64,000 nucleotides of DNA from a virus. Its lineage: Duplodnaviria; Caudoviricetes. Below, piece by piece: positions 47,180-57,572 of this stretch. Below the pieces are notes generated by a model that made no database searches, was not told the origin of the DNA, and saw only the letters and a list, made by a program, of their open reading frames with translations. Within the stretch, counting starts at the first letter, position 1, and every line of letters begins with the position of its first letter. The translations under genes and the position numbers were made by a program. The stretch spans positions 1-64,000 of the IMG/VR virus record IMGVR_UViG_3300020704_000001; one strand, given 5' to 3'.

Positions 47180-47401
47180 ATGTCAGACTTTTTTAGTAAA
47201 ACCGGTAATATGTTTAAATCGATTTTTTCGTTTTTCTCAAAAAACACTGCAACTTTAACTGAAGCTGCTGTTATTGTAGAAACAGTTTCTGATAATGCAG
47301 AATTAATTCCTACAACAATTGCTGTTGGTAAAGCTGTTGAGCAAGGTGCAACAGTTTTAGAAAAAATAGAAATTGCAAATACTGAAACTTCTGGATCTTA
47401 A
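47180..47401 (+). CDS. Hypothetical protein
   Basis: AGGAG SD, 73 aa. Confidence 0.55.
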   Translation: MSDFFSKTGNMFKSIFSFFSKNTATLTEAAVIVETVSDNAELIPTTIAVGKAVEQGATVLEKIEIANTETSGS

Positions 47402-47430
47402 TTTAATCCACAGCGCCAAGGAAAATTCAA

Positions 47431-48177
47431 ATGGCTGAAATAGCATCTAGAGACGATTTAAAACAATATTGCCTCAGAAGACTTGGCGCTCCAGTAATTA
47501 AAATAAATGTTGACGATGCTCAACTTGAAGATAGAATTGATGATGCTCTTCAACTATATCAAGATTATCATTATGATGCCTCTGAAGTATATTATTGGCA
47601 ACATACTATTACTCAACAAGACGTTAATCAACAATATTTTGATATAGATCCAAGCATTTTTGGGATTACTAGAATATTTCCATTAAATGATACGTTAACA
47701 CAAAATAATATGTTTGATCTTAGATATCAATTAAGATTACACGAATTATACGATTTCACATCAACTTCATATACTAATTTTAGTATAACAATGCAGCACC
47801 TACAAAACTTACAATCAATGTTCACTGGTGATATTCCAGTAAGGTTTCAAAGACACACAAATAGATTATATGTTGATTGGGCTTGGGGTTCAACAAATGC
47901 TGCTGTTGGTTTAACTGTTGTTGCTGAAGGATATCAAGCTATTGATCCAGAAACATTTGAATCCGTTTATAATGATATGTGGCTCAAAAAATATACTACA
48001 GCGTTATTCAAACGCCAATGGGGTGATAATATGAAAAAATTTGGAAATATTCAGCTTCCTGGTGGAATAACTTTAAATGGTAAAGAAACTTTTGATGAAG
48101 CTACAATTGAAATTGATAAATTGGAAGAAGAAATGCAAGAAAGATATTCATTACCAGCCCAATTTATGATTGGATAA
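47431..48177 (+). CDS. 13: Neck protein gp13
   Basis: YCLRRLGAPVIKINVDDAQ, WLKKYTTALFKRQWG, LPGGITLNG. Confidence 0.95.
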   Translation: MAEIASRDDLKQYCLRRLGAPVIKINVDDAQLEDRIDDALQLYQDYHYDASEVYYWQHTITQQDVNQQYFDIDPSIFGITRIFPLNDTLTQNNMFDLRYQLRLHELYDFTSTSYTNFSITMQHLQNLQSMFTGDIPVRFQRHTNRLYVDWAWGSTNAAVGLTVVAEGYQAIDPETFESVYNDMWLKKYTTALFKRQWGDNMKKFGNIQLPGGITLNGKETFDEATIEIDKLEEEMQERYSLPAQFMIG

Positions 48178-48179
48178 TT

Positions 48180-49037
48180 ATGACTTCTCCATATTTTCAA
48201 AATTATGGTAATGCTGTTGAATCGAAACTCATAGAAGACTTATATAATGAAGCAATAGCAATACAGGGATTTCCTGGCTATTATCTACAAAATAAAAATA
48301 CAGCTTCTAGAGATCTTATTTATGGTGATGATCCAATAAAAGCTTTTGATACTTCTTATAAATTAGATATGTATCTTGTCAACACATTCGATTATGGTGA
48401 TGAACAAGATTTCTTTTCTAAATTTGGACTTGAAGTTAGGAATCAAGTAAAAATTCAATTTACTGTCAGAGAATTTTCTAAACAAACACTAAAAACAATG
48501 GCTAGACCTCTCGAGGGAGATTTAATCTTTATTCCTTTCATGAAGGATACTGGAGAGCTATTTGAAATTAAATTCGTAAATTCTTCAAAAGATTTATATA
48601 CTCTTGGAAGATCAAAACCATATTTTTATGAATTATCTCTTGAACCGTTTAAATATAATGAAGAAAATATTGATACTGGTGTTGCAGCAATTGATAATAT
48701 TGGGTTGCTAGAGAAATTTAAAACTGATTTAGACCTTATTTCTGGTTCAGGACAATATATCATAAATGAGATGGTATATCAAGGTTCTGCAAACAATCAT
48801 ATTGCGTACGCAGAAATAATTGATTGGGATTCAGCGAATACAATTTTAACTGTTATCAATGATATTGGAGAGTTTGATCCAGCTTCTTCTCTTCCAATTG
48901 TTGGAGCCACAAGTAATGCAATCTATTATTTAACATCAACAAATAACAGTGAACAACCAAATTTCGACAATGACTTTATTCATGATGAAGGGTTAACATT
49001 TATCCAAGCGAGCGATAATCCATTTGGCAGTCTATAA
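48180..49037 (+). CDS. 14: Neck protein gp14
   Basis: FFSKFGLE, RPLEGDLIFIP, LFEIKFV, NPFG. Confidence 0.92.
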   Translation: MTSPYFQNYGNAVESKLIEDLYNEAIAIQGFPGYYLQNKNTASRDLIYGDDPIKAFDTSYKLDMYLVNTFDYGDEQDFFSKFGLEVRNQVKIQFTVREFSKQTLKTMARPLEGDLIFIPFMKDTGELFEIKFVNSSKDLYTLGRSKPYFYELSLEPFKYNEENIDTGVAAIDNIGLLEKFKTDLDLISGSGQYIINEMVYQGSANNHIAYAEIIDWDSANTILTVINDIGEFDPASSLPIVGATSNAIYYLTSTNNSEQPNFDNDFIHDEGLTFIQASDNPFGSL

Positions 49038-49046
49038 GGAAAAATT

Positions 49047-50045
49047 GTGTATCCACCAACTAATGCTCCAGTATTAAATACAAGATTACAAGCTATCAGA
49101 AAAACAACGGTAGCATTCGCATCACTTTTTAAGAATATCCCATTTATACAATACAATAATGATGGTTCAATAAAAGAAGAAATAATCGTACCTATTGTTT
49201 ATGGTGATAAAGAAAAATATGTAAAAAGATTAGAAGCTACTTCTAATCAAAATATATCAAATGAAAAAGTCCAAATAACACTACCAAGAATTGAATATGG
49301 ACTGATTAATATGTTGTATGATCCAGCGCGGAGAACAAATCAAGCAAATAAAATTGTTGGATGTAATTCTAATGGTTCAATATATGTAAACTCTCCGATG
49401 CCATATAATTTTAATTTTGAAATTGTTATCTATACAAGAAATATTGAAGATGCTAATCAAATAATGGAATATATTCTTCCATATTTTTGTCCTGATTATA
49501 ATATAAAAATAAATATGGTTCCAGAGGCTGGAATTATAAAAAATATTCCAATCACATATATGGGCGATTCTGAAGATGAAGATTCTTCAGGAACATTTGA
49601 TAGTTCTGTTCGGTCTGTATTCAGAACTCTTTCTTTTGTTGCAAGAAGTTATATCTACCAACCTCCAAAATATTATAAACCGATTCTTTTTACAGATACA
49701 AATATTAATATAATACAATCTACAAACAATATAAATGTTGTTTCTGGTAATGGAACGTTTTATGTTGGAGATACAGTATTTCAAGGAGATTCTTTTGATA
49801 GAGCAACAGCTAAAGCTACTGTAGATTATTGGGATCCAAACACAAAAACATTAAGAATATCTCCAGTTTCTGGATCATTTACTCCAAATACAGTAATACA
49901 AAATCTAGAAAAAACAGCTAAATATATCACTGCGAATGTAAACGGTTCTATTGCTTACAACACAAAAATTACCCCTGTGCCAAACACATATCCAATAGTT
50001 GGTCCATATGATTATAATATTATTACAACTGACTATACAAAATAA
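49047..50045 (+). CDS. 15: Tail terminator / sheath stabiliser gp15
   Basis: VPIVYGDKEK, TLPRI, PYNFNF, QIMEYILPYF; GTG start. Confidence 0.92.
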   Translation: MYPPTNAPVLNTRLQAIRKTTVAFASLFKNIPFIQYNNDGSIKEEIIVPIVYGDKEKYVKRLEATSNQNISNEKVQITLPRIEYGLINMLYDPARRTNQANKIVGCNSNGSIYVNSPMPYNFNFEIVIYTRNIEDANQIMEYILPYFCPDYNIKINMVPEAGIIKNIPITYMGDSEDEDSSGTFDSSVRSVFRTLSFVARSYIYQPPKYYKPILFTDTNINIIQSTNNINVVSGNGTFYVGDTVFQGDSFDRATAKATVDYWDPNTKTLRISPVSGSFTPNTVIQNLEKTAKYITANVNGSIAYNTKITPVPNTYPIVGPYDYNIITTDYTK

Positions 50046-50048
50046 ATT

Positions 50049-50495
50049 ATGACAACACAATTTAATAAAAAAATGGAGAAATTATTTGATGTTCCTTCAT
50101 CTGTTTTATATGATGATTCAGAACTCCAAGAATATCTTCCAGCTGACTCAGACCAAGAATTAACAGCCCTTTTGGATCATGATCTTAAACAGGATTACGA
50201 AAAAACTAGAAATAAACTTGATTCCTTAATAGAAAAAGGAACTGATGCTATTGATAGCATGCTTTCTATTGCTAGAGAATCAGAAAAAGCGAGAGATTTT
50301 GAAGTTGCTGGTAATATGATCAAAACCATTGTTGATGCTTCGAAAGATTTATTGGAAGTACAAAAGAAAATGAGAGAAATGACAGGAAAAAAAGATTCAG
50401 GAACTACTAATATTAAAAATGCAGTTTTTGTTGGGAGTACAACAGAACTTCTGAAGGCGATGAAAGATATTAAAAACGGAAATATAAGTGAGTGA
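50049..50495 (+). CDS. 16: Terminase small subunit gp16
   Basis: DYEKTR, ARDFEVA, VFVGSTTELLK. Confidence 0.9.
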   Translation: MTTQFNKKMEKLFDVPSSVLYDDSELQEYLPADSDQELTALLDHDLKQDYEKTRNKLDSLIEKGTDAIDSMLSIARESEKARDFEVAGNMIKTIVDASKDLLEVQKKMREMTGKKDSGTTNIKNAVFVGSTTELLKAMKDIKNGNISE

Positions 50496-52167
50496 AAAAG
50501 AATATTATAGAGACAATTTACTCTTAAAACGTCCAGGTGTTCAATATGAATTTGAACAATGGCAATTAGAAGAAATAGAAAAATGTGCTTCTGATCCAAT
50601 ATACTTCATTAGAAATTATGTAAAAATCATATCTCTAGATGAAGGCATTATATATTTTAATATGCACAAATATCAAGAAGAGATGGTTAATGCATTCCAC
50701 AATAATCGATTCTCAATAGTTCGTATTGGTAGACAGTCAGGAAAAACAACAACATCTGTAGCATATTTACTCTGGTTATCTATTTTTACCGAAAGATATA
50801 GTATTGCAATAACAGCAAATAAAAAAGCTTTAGCTGTAGATATTTTATCTAGATATCAATTAGCATACGAAAATCTTCCAATGTGGTTACAACAGGGTGT
50901 TGTTATTTGGAATAAAGGGTCTGTTGAATTAGAAAATGGATCAAAACTTTTAGCAGCATCTACAGCTGCAAGTTCTATTCGTGGTGGATCGTTCAATCTT
51001 GTAATGATGGACGAATTTGCTCACGTCCACAATAACTTAGCCGAAGAATTTTTTACTTCTACATATCCTGTAATTTCTTCTGGAACATCTACTAAAATTA
51101 TTATAGTTTCTACTCCAAGAGGCATGAATCTATATTATAGAATGTGGATGGATGCAATAAACGGAAAAAGCGATTATTTCCCTGTAGATATTCATTGGTC
51201 AAGAGTCCCTGGAAGAGATGAAGCATGGCGCGAAAAGACCATTCGTAATACTTCAGAAAGGCAATTTGCACAAGAATTCGGCTGCGAATTCCATGGATCA
51301 ACAAATACATTAATTGATGGAGGAAAACTTCAGATATTAATTGCAAAAGAACCATTGGAACTTGACGAAAAAGATGCTTTCGGAATGGAAATTTACGAAA
51401 AGCCAATAAGAGAATATTATGATGATGAAACACAAAAGATGGTTGATAAAGATCATATCTATGTTCTTTGTGCTGATGTTTCTGAAGGAAAAAATTTAGA
51501 TTATACAACATTTTCTGTTTTTGATGTTTCAACAATTCCATATAAACAGGTTGCAACATATAGAAATAATCAAATTTCTCCTATGCTATTTCCTGATATA
51601 TTAAGGTTATGTGCTGAATATTATAATAATGCTCATGTATTAATAGAAATAAATAATAACCCTCAAGTTGCAGATATTCTATATCAGGACCTAGAATATG
51701 AAAATGTGTTCAAAATATATTCTGGAAATAAACAAGCACAACAATTATCTGAGAGTGGAAAGGCAACTCAAAATGGCTTAAATATGAGCCCATTAGTGAA
51801 ACGAACTGGATGTTCTGCACTAAAAACTATAATTGAAACAAATAAACTTGAAATTTATTCTTCAGAAACAATATATGAATTAACTAGATTTATTGCTACA
51901 AATAATTCATTTGCTGCTGAAGAAGGAGCTCATGACGATTTAGCTATGACGTTAGTTATGTTTGCTTGGGTGACAACTCAAAAATTATTCATAGAATTGT
52001 CTTCTACAGATATAAGAAAAAGGTTACAAATTGAACATAATTATGCAAAAGAAGAAGATTCCGAAATACCACCAATGCCTATGTTTTCTGACGATTTAAG
52101 AGATAGGTTCATTTTAGAAGCTGGAGATCTTTGGCAAGTTGTAGAAGAAGAACAATTTTATTATTAA
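50488..52167 (+). CDS. 17: Terminase large subunit gp17
   Basis: RQSGKTT, MDEFAH, STPRG, DVSEG, HDDLAM; GTG start. Confidence 0.97.
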   Translation: MSEKEYYRDNLLLKRPGVQYEFEQWQLEEIEKCASDPIYFIRNYVKIISLDEGIIYFNMHKYQEEMVNAFHNNRFSIVRIGRQSGKTTTSVAYLLWLSIFTERYSIAITANKKALAVDILSRYQLAYENLPMWLQQGVVIWNKGSVELENGSKLLAASTAASSIRGGSFNLVMMDEFAHVHNNLAEEFFTSTYPVISSGTSTKIIIVSTPRGMNLYYRMWMDAINGKSDYFPVDIHWSRVPGRDEAWREKTIRNTSERQFAQEFGCEFHGSTNTLIDGGKLQILIAKEPLELDEKDAFGMEIYEKPIREYYDDETQKMVDKDHIYVLCADVSEGKNLDYTTFSVFDVSTIPYKQVATYRNNQISPMLFPDILRLCAEYYNNAHVLIEINNNPQVADILYQDLEYENVFKIYSGNKQAQQLSESGKATQNGLNMSPLVKRTGCSALKTIIETNKLEIYSSETIYELTRFIATNNSFAAEEGAHDDLAMTLVMFAWVTTQKLFIELSSTDIRKRLQIEHNYAKEEDSEIPPMPMFSDDLRDRFILEAGDLWQVVEEEQFYY

Positions 52168-52188
52168 GGTTACCAAAACGTTAGATAT

Positions 52189-52196
52189 TATAAATA
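52189..52196 (+). promoter_or_regulatory. Late promoter TATAAATA for gp18
   Basis: Exact consensus. Confidence 0.85.
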
Positions 52197-52232
52197 CTAT
52201 TAAAAATATTATCTTTCAACAAGGAGTAAATT

Positions 52233-54128
52233 ATGGCATTTCAAGTCAGTCCAAGTGTTACATTATCAGAATATGATAACACTAATTCTATACCAGTTTC
52301 AGGTTCTTCAGTAGGCGCTTTTGCTGGAGATTTCTCTTGGGGTCCAGGAAACAAAAGAATATCTATAGGTTCAGCGAATGAATTGGTATCAACATACACT
52401 CAACCAACCAACAATAACTACGCTTCATTCTTTTCAGCTTCAAATTTTTTAGCATATACAAACAATTTAATTGTAGTAAGAACAGTTTCTTCAAATTCAT
52501 ATAATGCAACAGCTAATGCTTCTGCAACATTTAGTATTCCAAACAAACAAAATTGGGAATTAGCTTATTCTACAAACCAATCAAATTTAAATGTTATTGG
52601 ACCATTCGCAGCAAGATATCCAGGAGCATTAGGGAACTCTTTAACTGTTTCAGTTTGTTCTAGCAATACTGCATTTAAAAGCCCTGCATTTACAGCAAAT
52701 ACAGTTGCAAACTCTACTTCTGTTTTGATAACTGGATTTACTACAGCATTTGCTGCTTCATATCCGTATTTTAGTTCTAATGATATTATTACATTAAATG
52801 GAACTTCATATACAATTGCATCAATTTCAGGTAATACAGTTACTACAACAACTCAACAACCAACAACTGCAACTAATGTTACAGCAAAACTTTCTTGGAA
52901 ATATGCTTCATCATTCTCAGCTGCTCCTGGAACTTCAGTTTATGGCGCTTCTCAAGGTGCTTCTGGAGATGAAATTTCTATTGCTGTTATTGATACAAAT
53001 GGTGCATTTACTGGTGTTAAAGGTTATGTGTTAGAAACATTTGATCGTGTATCAAAAGCTACTGATTCAATTACAGATGATGGTTCAAATAACTATTATA
53101 ATTCAGCTATCTTTGACAAATCAAAGTATATATTTAAAGCTGGAACAGTTCCTGGAGCAACAAATTGGGACCAAACTTCATTAAATACTGTATTTAACGG
53201 TGCAAATAATTATACAGTACAACTTAGCGGTGGGACTGATGTTCTATCTTCTGATTCTGATAGAATTAATGGATATCAATTGTTTGCAAACCCCGAAGAA
53301 GTAACAGTTGACTTTTTAATCGCTGGCGAATCAAGCGCTACTGTTTCAGGTGCAATATTAACTATAGCTAATCAAAGAAAAGATTGTGTTGCATTCATCT
53401 CTCCATTAAGACAAGATGCTGTAACTTCTGTAAATATTGATAATATTATTGCGTACAGAAACAGTTTAAGTCCATCTACTTCTTACTCAGTTATGGATTC
53501 AGGGTACAAATATCAATACGACAAATACAATAATGTGTATAGATATGTTCCATTAAATGCTGATATTGCTGGTTTATGTGCAAGAACTGATAAAACAAAT
53601 GCTCCATGGTATTCTCCTGCTGGATATAATCGTGGTCAAATATTAAATGCTATTAGATTGTCATATAATCCAACTCAAACAAACAGAGACGATTTATATC
53701 AAGCTGGTATTAATCCTGTATGTTCATTCCCAGGACAAGGTGTTGTTTTATTTGGCGATAAAACTATGCAAGCAAAAGCTTCTGCGTTTGATCGCATAAA
53801 CGTTCGTAGATTGTTTATTACTCTTGAAAGAGCAATTGCTGATGCTGCTAAATATTCATTGTTTGAATTTAATGACACATTCACACAATCAGCATTTATC
53901 TCGTTAGTTGATCCTTATCTTCGTTCAGTAAAATCTGGAAAAGGAATCTACGCTTACAAAGTTGTTTGTGATTCGTCTAATAACCCACCATCTGTTGTTG
54001 ATCAAAATGGTTTCGTTGGCGATATTTTTATCCAACCAGCTAAATCTATTAACTTTATACAATTAAACTTTACTGCAGTAAATAGTGGTGTTAGTTTTAC
54101 TGAAGTTGCAGGAACTTCAGTCGGTTAA
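52233..54128 (+). CDS. 18: Tail sheath protein gp18
   Basis: FSWGP, ARYPGALGN, PWYSPAGYNRG, FDRINVRRLF, SINFIQLNF. Confidence 0.97.
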   Translation: MAFQVSPSVTLSEYDNTNSIPVSGSSVGAFAGDFSWGPGNKRISIGSANELVSTYTQPTNNNYASFFSASNFLAYTNNLIVVRTVSSNSYNATANASATFSIPNKQNWELAYSTNQSNLNVIGPFAARYPGALGNSLTVSVCSSNTAFKSPAFTANTVANSTSVLITGFTTAFAASYPYFSSNDIITLNGTSYTIASISGNTVTTTTQQPTTATNVTAKLSWKYASSFSAAPGTSVYGASQGASGDEISIAVIDTNGAFTGVKGYVLETFDRVSKATDSITDDGSNNYYNSAIFDKSKYIFKAGTVPGATNWDQTSLNTVFNGANNYTVQLSGGTDVLSSDSDRINGYQLFANPEEVTVDFLIAGESSATVSGAILTIANQRKDCVAFISPLRQDAVTSVNIDNIIAYRNSLSPSTSYSVMDSGYKYQYDKYNNVYRYVPLNADIAGLCARTDKTNAPWYSPAGYNRGQILNAIRLSYNPTQTNRDDLYQAGINPVCSFPGQGVVLFGDKTMQAKASAFDRINVRRLFITLERAIADAAKYSLFEFNDTFTQSAFISLVDPYLRSVKSGKGIYAYKVVCDSSNNPPSVVDQNGFVGDIFIQPAKSINFIQLNFTAVNSGVSFTEVAGTSVG

Positions 54129-54153
54129 TTTTTGTTAATAAATAAATAAAAGG

Positions 54154-54173
54154 GAGCAGCTTTCGGGCTGCTC
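54154..54173. other. UUCG-capped hairpin between gp18 and gp19
   Basis: GAGCAGCT-TTCG-GGCTGCTC; no U tract on + strand, A-run upstream. Confidence 0.6.
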
Positions 54174-54206
54174 TAAACAAAAGATCTTATAAAGAGGAAT
54201 AAACAA

Positions 54207-54785
54207 ATGGCGTTTAATGTAGATCAATTTAGAATGGCAATGGCATTGGATGGTGCAAGACCAAACTTGTTCCAAGTAACATTATCATTTCCAAGCCTTG
54301 TCGCTTATGGTGACACAAGAGAATTATCTTTTATGGCAAATTCAACAACATTACCATCATCTATTGTTGGTGTAGCAAGACAAAGTTATTTTGGTAGAGA
54401 AGTAAAATTTCCTGGAAATAGAGTATTTCAGGATTGGTCAATTAATGTAATTAATGATGAAACATTTAATATCAGAAATGCATTTGAACAATGGTTGAAT
54501 ATAATAAACAATAATAGTGGAAATGTGAGAGATTCAGCTGCAGTGTATAGTAATGGGTATTCTGTTGATGCTCAAGTAACACAATTCAGTAAAGATGGTC
54601 AACCATTAAAACAATATAATTTTGTTGGTTTATTTCCTACCCAAGTTGATCCTATCAATTTAAGTTGGGGAAATAATGATACTATTGAAGAATTTGGCGT
54701 TACATTCTCGTATCAATATTGGGAGTCTACAAGAGATGCTGCAACACAGCCTTCTCCTAATGCAGCTTCTGCAGCTTTCCTATAA
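54207..54785 (+). CDS. 19: Tail tube protein gp19
   Basis: GARPNLF, GREVKFPGNRVF.DW, IEEFGVTFSYQYW. Confidence 0.96.
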   Translation: MAFNVDQFRMAMALDGARPNLFQVTLSFPSLVAYGDTRELSFMANSTTLPSSIVGVARQSYFGREVKFPGNRVFQDWSINVINDETFNIRNAFEQWLNIINNNSGNVRDSAAVYSNGYSVDAQVTQFSKDGQPLKQYNFVGLFPTQVDPINLSWGNNDTIEEFGVTFSYQYWESTRDAATQPSPNAASAAFL

Positions 54786-54806
54786 TATTTTTTGAGTTTT
54801 TAGATT

Positions 54807-56471
54807 ATGGCAAAAATATCATTATTCGGATTTAAACTTGGGAAAGATACTCCTGCGCAGGAAGTTTTACCCTCGTTTTCTCCACCTGTGCTAGATGATG
54901 GTGCTGTAACCATAACGGCTGCAGCACATTATGGAACAAGCATTGATTTAGATTCAAATTATAAGAATGATGTTGAGTTAATTACTCGGTATCGTGAAAT
55001 GGCAATGCAACCAGAAATTGAAACTGCTGTTGACGACATTATCAATGAAGCAGTAATTCATGACGAAGATGAATCAGTTAAAATTGTCTCAGATAATATC
55101 AAAGCCTCTCCAAAAGTAAGAGCTGCTATTGATGAAGAATTCCAAAATATCTTAACTCTTTTAAATTTCAAAAATTTAGGCCAAGATATATTCAGAAGAT
55201 ATTATGTTGATGGAAGATTATTTTATAATATCATTCTAGATAAAGAAAATCCACAAGCAGGTATTCAAGAATTACGTTATACTGATCCAAGAAAACTTAC
55301 TAAAATCAGAGAAATAAAAAAAGTAAAAGATAAAACTACTGGTTTTGATATTGTGCAAGGATTTGCTGAATATTATATTTATTCAGATTCGATTTCTACA
55401 AAATCGAATTTATCTAATTCTGGACTAAGAATTGCTCCAGATTCTATTATTTCTGTGACAAGCGGACTATTAGATTCAAAACGATCTATAATATTAAGTT
55501 ATTTACATAAAAGTATTAAACCTCTCAATCAATTAAGAATGATTGAAGATGCTACTATTATATATAAAATCTCTAGAGCTCCAGAAAGAAGAATATTTTA
55601 TATAGATGTTGGAAATTTGCCGAAAATGAAGGCAGAACAATATCTTAAAGATATTATGACAAAATACAAAAATAAAGTTGTATATGATGCAAACACTGGT
55701 GCAATTCGTGATGATAGAAGATTTCTTTCTATGCAAGAAGATTTCTGGTTACCAAGAAGAAATGGACAATCAACTGAAATTACAACATTACCATCATCAG
55801 CAGCATTTGATGATATGTCAATGATTGAATATTTTGAAAAGAAATTATATAAATCTTTAAATGTTCCATATTCAAGACTAATTCAATCTGATTCTCCTTT
55901 TGATGCAGGAAATCCGGACCAAATATCTAGAGACGAAATTAAATTTGCAAAATTTATTAATAGATTAAGATTAAAATTTACTGATTTATTTGATCAAGCA
56001 TTAAGAGTTCAATGTTACTTAAAAGGTATTTGTTCTCAAGAAGAATTTGATACATATAAACAACATATCTATTATGATTTTAAGATAGATAACCATTATG
56101 CAGAATTAATTGATGCACAACTATTGCAAAGTAGAATGGGTGTTCTTGATTCTGTTGCCCCCTATGTTGGGAAATATTATTCACAACAATGGATTCAGAA
56201 AAATATATTACAATTTTCTGATGAAGATATTAAACAAATGGCAAAAGAGATTACAGATGAAGTTAAAGATGGATGGTATCCTGACCCAAAACTTGCTGCA
56301 ACAGATCCATCTTTAGGTGGTTTACCTCCTGATGGGAGCCAAGACTCTTTGCCTGTTTCAGATAATACTGATGCTAGCAACGATCAACAAGATGAACCAC
56401 AAAATAAACCTGTAAAAAAACAAAAAGATTCTGATCAACAATCTAATAACCCATATTATACTAATGGCTAA
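54807..56471 (+). CDS. 20: Portal protein gp20
   Basis: YYVDGR, NQLRMIED, RAPERRIFYIDVGNLPK, EDFWLPRR, RDEIKF. Confidence 0.97.
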   Translation: MAKISLFGFKLGKDTPAQEVLPSFSPPVLDDGAVTITAAAHYGTSIDLDSNYKNDVELITRYREMAMQPEIETAVDDIINEAVIHDEDESVKIVSDNIKASPKVRAAIDEEFQNILTLLNFKNLGQDIFRRYYVDGRLFYNIILDKENPQAGIQELRYTDPRKLTKIREIKKVKDKTTGFDIVQGFAEYYIYSDSISTKSNLSNSGLRIAPDSIISVTSGLLDSKRSIILSYLHKSIKPLNQLRMIEDATIIYKISRAPERRIFYIDVGNLPKMKAEQYLKDIMTKYKNKVVYDANTGAIRDDRRFLSMQEDFWLPRRNGQSTEITTLPSSAAFDDMSMIEYFEKKLYKSLNVPYSRLIQSDSPFDAGNPDQISRDEIKFAKFINRLRLKFTDLFDQALRVQCYLKGICSQEEFDTYKQHIYYDFKIDNHYAELIDAQLLQSRMGVLDSVAPYVGKYYSQQWIQKNILQFSDEDIKQMAKEITDEVKDGWYPDPKLAATDPSLGGLPPDGSQDSLPVSDNTDASNDQQDEPQNKPVKKQKDSDQQSNNPYYTNG

Positions 56472-56883
56472 ACATATAAAAAAAGATTTACCACAAGTTT
56501 TGGTATTAAAACGGCAGTTTATTCAAAGATTTCCAAATGGACAAATGGTTGCATTATATCATTCTGATCATTTAAATCAATTTGTTACTGTTCCTTTAGA
56601 CAATTCACAATTTTCTTCTAATACAGTTGAAAGCGTTTTAGAAAGATTAAATTATATCTCAGAAAATGATGATGTCGAAACATTAGTATTTGAAGATCTA
56701 TCTGAATTGAATATAAATAAAGAATGTGCTGATATAATGTTAGAATTTATTGCATCTCAACCGGAATTATTAGAAGCAATTGTTGTTTCTGATAAAAAAT
56801 TCTTAGAATTATTAGAACAGGCTGTAAATTTATCATCAGATATACCGGAATCTGAATCAAATCAGGAGTTAGAAGAACAATGA
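56464..56883 (+). CDS. Prohead core protein-like (gp68 position)
   Basis: LVLKR..I..FPNGQMVALY; located between gp20 and gp21. Confidence 0.5.
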   Translation: MAKHIKKDLPQVLVLKRQFIQRFPNGQMVALYHSDHLNQFVTVPLDNSQFSSNTVESVLERLNYISENDDVETLVFEDLSELNINKECADIMLEFIASQPELLEAIVVSDKKFLELLEQAVNLSSDIPESESNQELEEQ

Positions 56884-57530
56884 AATTATTAAACGAATTT
56901 ACAGAATCGGTCTCAACTAATGTGTTGGTTGAAGAAACGACTGGCAAAAAATCTTATAAAATTAATGGTCCATTTATTCATACAGAAGAAGCAAATAGAA
57001 ATGGTCGTATTTATATAAAAGAACATATGCTTCCGGAAGTTTCTAGATATAAAAAAGATTTTGTAGATACAAGAAGAGCATTAGGAGAACTTTCTCACCC
57101 AGAAGGTCCAGCAATCAACCCTGATAAAGTTTCTCATTTAATTACAAAATTAGAATTTGTTGATAATTTGTGCATTGGCGAGGCAACAATTCTAGATACC
57201 CCGAATGGTAATATCGTTAAATCATTTATTGATGCTGGAGTAAATTTTGGCGTCTCAACTAGAGGTCTTGGTTCGATCAAAGAATCTGGCGGTTTGAAAT
57301 ATGTCCAACCAGATTTTCGCTTAGTTACAGTAGATATAGTTTTAGATCCATCTGGAAAAGCGTGTTATGTCGAAGGATTGATGGAAGGAAAAGAATGGAT
57401 GTATGTTGATGGGAAAGGTTGGGTAGAACAATACCTTGAAGAATCGCGAAAAACCTTAAAAACACTAAAAGCTAAAGATGTTGAACCAATGGCGTTACAA
57501 ATTTTTGAGAATTTTCTCGCAAAATTATAA
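56880..57530 (+). CDS. 21: Prohead protease gp21
   Basis: NRNGRIY, ALGELSHP, GVSTRGLGS, DIVLDPS. Confidence 0.95.
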   Translation: MKLLNEFTESVSTNVLVEETTGKKSYKINGPFIHTEEANRNGRIYIKEHMLPEVSRYKKDFVDTRRALGELSHPEGPAINPDKVSHLITKLEFVDNLCIGEATILDTPNGNIVKSFIDAGVNFGVSTRGLGSIKESGGLKYVQPDFRLVTVDIVLDPSGKACYVEGLMEGKEWMYVDGKGWVEQYLEESRKTLKTLKAKDVEPMALQIFENFLAKL

Positions 57531-57534
57531 CTTT

Positions 57535-57542
57535 TATAAATA
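57535..57542 (+). promoter_or_regulatory. Late promoter TATAAATA for gp22/gp23
   Basis: Exact consensus. Confidence 0.85.
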
Positions 57543-57572
57543 ATACTAAACGAAATCTAAGAGGATATATAC

